Below, one piece after another: positions 59,141 through 64,000 of a stretch of 64,000 nucleotides of DNA. The stretch's first letter is position 1, and the number at the start of each line of letters is the position of its first letter. The position numbers and the translations under genes were made by a program. Origin of the DNA: Patescibacteria group bacterium (lineage in GTDB: Bacteria; Patescibacteriota; Patescibacteriia; 2-02-FULL-49-11); contig JBAZQN010000001.1 of the NCBI GenBank assembly GCA_041645165.1, positions 117,971 to 181,970 on the forward strand, written 5' to 3'. A model generated the notes under the pieces. It did not search any database and was not told where the DNA came from. It saw nothing but the letters and a program-made list of their open reading frames with translations.

Positions 59141-60001
59141 ATGTTTTTGGGTTTATTCCATCATGCCAATCATTTGCCTGCACGACGCAAAAAAAAAGAT
59201 TATTACGAACATGCGTATAAAAATCCGCACCGTGCAGATCCCAAAAGAGGAATTGACACCAGACTAATTTTTTTATTGTGCGGGGTTTCAATCCTCGTGA
59301 GTATATGTTATTGGCTATTTTTCTCCGGAGCTTTCCGCGTAACCATCATTGATATTTTAAACGCGCAGAGTATTGACCCGCACAATATTGAAGCATTGGT
59401 AAGGCTTGAGCTAGGCAAAAAAAAATTATTTACGATTCCCTACGGCGCAAGCCTTTTTTTTATTGATTCGCAGCGTATTGAACAAGCGATATTGAACGAA
59501 TTTCCTGTTAAAAAGGTTGAAGTCAAACCCTCATTGCCGCATCGTCTCATTATTGATTTGGAAGAACGCATCCCGCGTTATATTGTCAAAACCGCGCAAG
59601 GAGGGGAGCCATTAGCCATTGATGACGAGGGGATAGCCCTTGGGCCTGCGGTATTGGGTGAGCAGTGGCCTTCTTGGGTCATTACCGCGCCGGCATTGTT
59701 GAGCACCACCACAGGCGCTGCAGCGCTTCCTCGCAGTGCGCTTTCATTCCTGAACGCGCTGGAGGCCTCATCTGCGCATATACGCCAGGGCTACCGCATT
59801 CAGGAGGTTGACCTTACTCGCATTCCTTTGCACGATATATCAGTAAAGACATCTGAACAGTGGGTTATCTTAATATCAGATGCCTTTGATACCGATTTGC
59901 AGCTTTTAAACGTCGATAGAGCGCTTGTAGAAATGAAGGATGAAAGAAAGGTTATCCAATACATTGATGTGCGCATACCGACGAAGATATTTTACAAGTG
60001 A
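59141..60001 (+). CDS. FtsQ/DivIB-like cell-division protein (TM + POTRA)
   Basis: Cytoplasmic basic N-terminus, one TM (LIFLLCGVSILVSICYWLFF), POTRA-like beta-alpha-beta region. Confidence 0.45.
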   Translation: MFLGLFHHANHLPARRKKKDYYEHAYKNPHRADPKRGIDTRLIFLLCGVSILVSICYWLFFSGAFRVTIIDILNAQSIDPHNIEALVRLELGKKKLFTIPYGASLFFIDSQRIEQAILNEFPVKKVEVKPSLPHRLIIDLEERIPRYIVKTAQGGEPLAIDDEGIALGPAVLGEQWPSWVITAPALLSTTTGAAALPRSALSFLNALEASSAHIRQGYRIQEVDLTRIPLHDISVKTSEQWVILISDAFDTDLQLLNVDRALVEMKDERKVIQYIDVRIPTKIFYK

Positions 60002-60136
60002 CTTAAGATTGCGCAGATAAGTGCTTGGGGCGGATAACATATAATGTCCGACTCTAGATATCTAACGTCCGCATATTCCCCTCTTAACAAAAGAAGGCCC
60101 GTGAAGAGGCCTTCTTAATGTTTGACGTATAGCCAT

Positions 60137-60487
60137 TTATTCTGGAAATATACCACCCGTCGAAAAATAAATGGTTATATTACCCATTGAAAAGCTATTT
60201 ACTACTGTTGACGTCGCCGATCCAGTAATAATACTACCGCCCACTATATCCTCTCCCGCAATTATGCTATTTTGCCCGGTGATAATGCGTTGGCGTGTTA
60301 TTATTGTCGCATTGGATGTGGCGCGAGGTCTTATGATAATGGATGATCTGCTTCTTACGTTGCAGATATATGTTGGATCATCTGCTACGTTATCAGTGAT
60401 ATTGCACGTTGCTACTGCTAAGACAGGTGATGCAAATAATAGGGAGATGCCGATGCCGCTAATAATACCAAAGAAAAGTTTTTTCAT
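60137..60487 (-). CDS. Small secreted protein (start at internal Met, MKKLFFGI...)
   Basis: Signal peptide with AXA-like site; the track ORF extends upstream to 60571 but its N-terminal extension is not hydrophobic. Confidence 0.4.
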   Translation of the reverse strand: MKKLFFGIISGIGISLLFASPVLAVATCNITDNVADDPTYICNVRSRSSIIIRPRATSNATIITRQRIITGQNSIIAGEDIVGGSIITGSATSTVVNSFSMGNITIYFSTGGIFPE

Positions 60488-60604
60488 ATGGTTGGTCTGC
60501 GCCTTTTTATTTTTATAATTTGTTTTCGACCTTTCTCCCCTCCCCTCGTTATTATCAATAGAATAAATCATCTGATCTGTAACAAAAATAAATACAGAAA
60601 TCTA

Positions 60605-61879
60605 TTACGGAATATAATCCAGCGGGTTAACAGGTATTCCCTGTTGGCGGATTTCAAAATGCAGATGTGGTCCTGTAGTGAGTCTCCCTGCGCCGGGGGT
60701 GCCCGGAGTGCCACCTGACAAGCCTATTACCTGCCCTTGCGTGACAAATTCATCACTGCGCACATAAATTTTCGATAAATGGCCGTACACCGTCGCATAC
60801 CCGTCATTATGGATTAGCATTATGTAGGAGTAGCCCATGCCCGCGTCTTTTGCAATGCCCACATAACCGCTGGCTGCGGCGTGCACGGATGTTTTGTAGG
60901 CCGCCTTAATATCAATGGCGGGATGTTCAAAAATATAGCGATAAGGGTAGTCAGGGTCATGGAAATATGCGGTAATCACATTAGGCGGAACCGGCCACGC
61001 AAAAATAGTATTGCCAAGCGCTTGCAATTTTTTCAAACGTTCGCCTTTCTGCATCTCTGCGCGCAGTTTTTTTTCTATAGTGCTCACCTCTGACTCGATC
61101 GCGTTTTGTTCGCGTTTTGCGCTTTCCAGCAAGGACGTATATTTTGTCTCAGAACGGCGGGTATCGACAAGCAACTGAGCTTTTACAGAACGCTGCGATC
61201 CCAGCTGGAGCTGCTGTTCATCAAGCTGTGATTTTAACTGCACGAGTTGCTCTTGTTTTGCCGTTAATTCTGCATGTTTCAATTCCGCTTCTTTTTTCAC
61301 GCGGTCATATTCATTGACTGTAGCGGCAATGGAGGACTGCAGTTGCTCAATGTTTTTTATATCATGGTAGTATTCGGAAAGATTGTCATGTGTCAGGAGC
61401 GCAAACATCTCCTGCATCCCCTCTCGCTGCTTGAGATAACGGAGGTTCGCCGCAAGCTCAGCGCGTTTCAAGAGGAGTGATCGCTCATATTGGGCAATTA
61501 ATTCCTGCGTTTGCTCAATTTCCATTTGCGTCTCGCCGATTTCCTCTTCGGTAAGTTTTATGGAAAGTTCGAGCCGCTGTACCTGGTCATTGATAATAGC
61601 AATTTGATTTGACAGGGAGGCAGCTTGCGATTGGCGAAGTCGGATACTCTGCGCATACGTGGAAATTTCACGTTTCAGGTGGTCTATGGATTCTTTTTTC
61701 TGATCTATGCTCGTTTGCAATGATTGCACATTGCCATATTGCGCATACACATAAATAAGACCCGGCAATAATAAAAATACGGCGATGATTGCGATCGCCA
61801 GTATCTGTAATCTATTTTTTTTATTAAAACGATGAGCTGCGCTGTCTCTCATGCCGTTATTGTAGCAAATTTTGCTCAT
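60605..61879 (-). CDS. M23-family metalloendopeptidase with N-terminal coiled-coil (EnvC-like)
   Basis: HxxxD/HLH zinc motif context GYATVYGHL ... GPHLHFEIR; long heptad-rich N-terminal half; N-terminal TM. Confidence 0.8.
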   Translation of the reverse strand: MSKICYNNGMRDSAAHRFNKKNRLQILAIAIIAVFLLLPGLIYVYAQYGNVQSLQTSIDQKKESIDHLKREISTYAQSIRLRQSQAASLSNQIAIINDQVQRLELSIKLTEEEIGETQMEIEQTQELIAQYERSLLLKRAELAANLRYLKQREGMQEMFALLTHDNLSEYYHDIKNIEQLQSSIAATVNEYDRVKKEAELKHAELTAKQEQLVQLKSQLDEQQLQLGSQRSVKAQLLVDTRRSETKYTSLLESAKREQNAIESEVSTIEKKLRAEMQKGERLKKLQALGNTIFAWPVPPNVITAYFHDPDYPYRYIFEHPAIDIKAAYKTSVHAAASGYVGIAKDAGMGYSYIMLIHNDGYATVYGHLSKIYVRSDEFVTQGQVIGLSGGTPGTPGAGRLTTGPHLHFEIRQQGIPVNPLDYIP

Positions 61880-61937
61880 CTTGTAAACCCCGTCATATCA
61901 AATTTTAGCCTTTCTTAGACGACATGAGATCTCCAGT

Positions 61938-63548
61938 TTATGCGTTGAGAGTTTGAAGCGATTCAATTGCGTTTTCAATTCTTTTAATCGTTTCATCCTT
62001 ACCAAGAATGTTCATTAATTCAAAAGGGCTGGGACTTTGCTCTTTGCCGCTTAAGGCCACGCGAAGCGGCCAAAGAATCTGGCTGTTGGTCCTTTGTGTA
62101 TCTTTTATCCACGCCTTCAATGTGGTATCAAAGTCAGGAGCTTTAAACATATTTTCCGGCATCGTGTGGAAGTACTCCTTGGTTTCAATTAGGTGGGCTA
62201 TGGCCGTATCGCGCTGTTCCCCTTTCCCTATGAGCAGTGATGCGTCGTAGAAGGGGCGGTCAAAAAGATATTCAAGATCTTGCCCGATGTCTTTGAGCAC
62301 AACGAGCCTGGTCTGAAGCAGTGCAGCCACAGATTGCATATAGTCATCGCGAATAATGCGCTTATCGAGGGTAAGCCACTCCCCTTTTTCAAGCGGGGTG
62401 ATAAGGCCTGATGCGGTTAAATGCGGGATGGCTCTCGAGGCGAGATCTTCAAGGGGCATCAGTTTGATATAGTGCTTATTTATCCAGTTTAATTTTTCAT
62501 AATTGAATACGGCAGGAGATTTTTGGATGCCTTCGAGGCTGAACAGTGCGAGCATTTCTTCTTTCGTAAAAATCTCTTGCTCGTTTCCCTTACCAGGATT
62601 CCAGCCAAGTAAAAGGGTGAAATTTAGAAGCGCATGGGGCAGGTATCCGGCATCCCGCATTGCCAGTACCGAAATTGCGCCATGGCGCTTGCTGAGTTTA
62701 GTTCTGTCGGGCGCTAAGATTAAAGGGAGATGGCCGAATTGGGGAATTTCCCAGCCTAATCCTTGGTAGAGCAATATATGTTTTGGTAGCGAGGGCAGCC
62801 AATCATCGCCCCGCAATACATGCGTGATGCCCATAAGGTGATCGTCAACGACGTTGGCGAGATGATAAGTGGGGTATTGGTCAGATTTCAGAAGCACTTG
62901 ATCGTCCACAAGGCGTAAATCAAATGTGACATCACCGTGAATTAAATCATTTACTGTTATCGTTCCTTTCTCTGGTATTTTAAGCCGAATGACGTATGGC
63001 GCGTTTGACGCCAACTGCTTTGCAATTTCATCCGATGATAATGCGGCGCAATGTTTGTCATACATGGACGGTTGTTTATTCGCTTCTTGCTCTTTCCTCA
63101 TTTTTTCCAGCCTTTGAGGTGTGCAAAAACACCGGTATGCAACTCCCTTCTCTAGAAGTATTTCAGCGTACTTACGATACTCCTCTATTCTTTGCGATTG
63201 AAAATACGGCCCTCCTTCTCCTTTTTCTGCAATTAAGTCATCCATATTGGAATTTGGGATTTGCCCGATCATACGATCGGGCATCCGGTCGGATGACCGG
63301 ATGAATTTAGGATTTTTCATTATTGGTCCTTCATCCCAATCAAGCCCTGCCCATGCAAGCCCTTCTAAGATTGATTTTACGCTTTCAGGTTTGTAGCGCG
63401 TTTGATCTGTATCTTCAATGCGGACAATAAATTTGCCCTTGCGCTGCCGCGCGAAGAGCCAATTAAATAGCGCCACGCGGAGCGTGCCAATGTGCATGTC
63501 TCCTGTAGGCGATGGGGCAACTCTTACACAAATTTGATTAATATTCAT
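61938..63548 (-). CDS. gltX: Glutamyl-tRNA synthetase with an in-frame palindromic-element insertion after the WDEGP motif
   Basis: HIGH-type PSPTGDMHIGT, KMSKS-like KLSKRHG; about 36 extra residues IMKNPKFIRSSDRMPDRMIGQIPNSNMDDLIAEKGEG between DEGP and GGPYFQSQR. Confidence 0.85.
   Translation of the reverse strand: MNINQICVRVAPSPTGDMHIGTLRVALFNWLFARQRKGKFIVRIEDTDQTRYKPESVKSILEGLAWAGLDWDEGPIMKNPKFIRSSDRMPDRMIGQIPNSNMDDLIAEKGEGGPYFQSQRIEEYRKYAEILLEKGVAYRCFCTPQRLEKMRKEQEANKQPSMYDKHCAALSSDEIAKQLASNAPYVIRLKIPEKGTITVNDLIHGDVTFDLRLVDDQVLLKSDQYPTYHLANVVDDHLMGITHVLRGDDWLPSLPKHILLYQGLGWEIPQFGHLPLILAPDRTKLSKRHGAISVLAMRDAGYLPHALLNFTLLLGWNPGKGNEQEIFTKEEMLALFSLEGIQKSPAVFNYEKLNWINKHYIKLMPLEDLASRAIPHLTASGLITPLEKGEWLTLDKRIIRDDYMQSVAALLQTRLVVLKDIGQDLEYLFDRPFYDASLLIGKGEQRDTAIAHLIETKEYFHTMPENMFKAPDFDTTLKAWIKDTQRTNSQILWPLRVALSGKEQSPSPFELMNILGKDETIKRIENAIESLQTLNA
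63259..63306 (-). repeat. Palindromic in-frame insertion element, copy B (sense strand: catccggtcatccgaccggatg + gcccgatcgtatgatcgggc)
   Basis: Same double-hairpin architecture, orientation and reading frame (RSSDRxPxRMxGQ) as copy A at 22240-22286; stem differences are compensatory. Confidence 0.7.
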
Positions 63549-63598
63549 ACTAATAGGCCATTTTGCGCATTTAAATGCGCTGTAACGAACTTATCCTA

Positions 63599-64000
63599 TC
63601 ATTTACGTGATTTTGTCGCAATGAGAAACATGAAGCGCACTGTAGCGTTTATTATACGAAAGATGCGCCACGGCTGGAGTATAAGCCGCCAAAGCCATTC
63701 CAAGCCCATAGCGCGTATAAAATTCGGCGCGCGGGCCACATTGCCCGCGAGAAAATCAAAAGCGCCGCCCACGCCCATGGCAATTTTTACGGAAGGCATG
63801 CGAGACAAGTGTTCGGCTATCCAGAGCTCTTGCTTCGGCTGTCCTAACGCCACAAATAATATCTGCGTTTTAAAAAGTCGAATACGTTTTATTACTTCCT
63901 CAATATTTTGTTCCTTGTTCCTTGTTCCTTGTTCTTTTTCAGGAATTCCCTCATCGCCATGGATATATAATCCCGGAAATTGCTGGCGCAAGCGGTGTGC
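63599..64000 (-). CDS. WecB/TagA/CpsF-family glycosyltransferase (GT26), C-terminal part; continues beyond window
   Basis: ILFVALGQPKQELWIAEH ... MGVGGAFDFLAG signature of GT26. Confidence 0.65.
   Translation of the reverse strand, partial: AHRLRQQFPGLYIHGDEGIPEKEQGTRNKEQNIEEVIKRIRLFKTQILFVALGQPKQELWIAEHLSRMPSVKIAMGVGGAFDFLAGNVARAPNFIRAMGLEWLWRLILQPWRIFRIINATVRFMFLIATKSRK
63908..63935. repeat. Heptanucleotide tandem repeat (ttgttcc)x3 plus one imperfect unit inside the GT26 coding sequence
   Basis: ttgttcc ttgttcc ttgttcc ttgttct; on the coding strand this encodes KEQGTRNKEQ; the unit length is not a multiple of 3. Confidence 0.8.

Overview
The 64-kb window appears to come from a small-genome, probably uncultivated bacterium; that lineage guess is an inference from gene content only. 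The coding density is very high and there are no rRNA/tRNA genes or CRISPR arrays that I can see. I see four blocks.

(1) 0.36-7.9 kb: an AT-rich array of 8-9 small same-strand ORFs. Each is followed by an imperfect inverted-repeat element with conserved terminal cores (ATAAC ... GTTRRRY) and a stem whose sequence varies but stays complementary. This is the architecture of integron attC sites, and the block therefore looks like an integron-type gene-cassette array. No integrase is visible in the window (a CALIN: cluster of attC sites lacking an integron-integrase). Cassette cargo includes a SET-domain methyltransferase, a GNAT acetyltransferase, an alpha/beta hydrolase and small membrane or pilin-like proteins.

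(2) 8.0-46.5 kb: a very large cell-envelope glycan locus. It has at least 12 GT4 glycosyltransferases, a GT2 polyprenyl-phosphate glycosyltransferase, GT-C membrane transferases, GtrA, a Wzz-like and a Wzy/ligase-like protein, a DegT aminotransferase, RmlD, epimerases, 7 SAM methyltransferases, an FAD oxidoreductase, a tri-domain GT2-FemAB-NodB deacetylase, a secreted FG-GAP protein with a glycoside-hydrolase-like domain, and an embedded histidine kinase plus REC-only response regulator. A perfect 37-bp inverted repeat (14707-14743 and 46420-46456) sits exactly at the start codons of two genes and brackets 31.7 kb of this locus.

(3) 46.9-54.3 kb: a secreted S8 subtilisin, a Gly/Thr-rich secreted protein and a 1301-aa repeat-rich surface protein with a C-terminal TM plus RRRRR tail. 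They are preceded by about 1 kb of ORF-free, highly structured DNA.

(4) 54.9-64 kb: housekeeping genes (greA, a lysS fused to a C-terminal HD domain, serS, an ftsQ-like gene, an M23 peptidase, gltX, a partial WecB/TagA transferase).

Other notable signals:
- A roughly 45-nt double-hairpin element is inserted in-frame in two unrelated genes (a GT4 and gltX) and shows compensatory stem substitutions, as Rickettsia-type palindromic elements do.
- A MITE-like structured intergenic element lies at 19.7 kb.
- A 7-nt x3 tandem repeat sits inside the WecB coding region.

All functional calls are from motif recognition by eye; no database searches were run.
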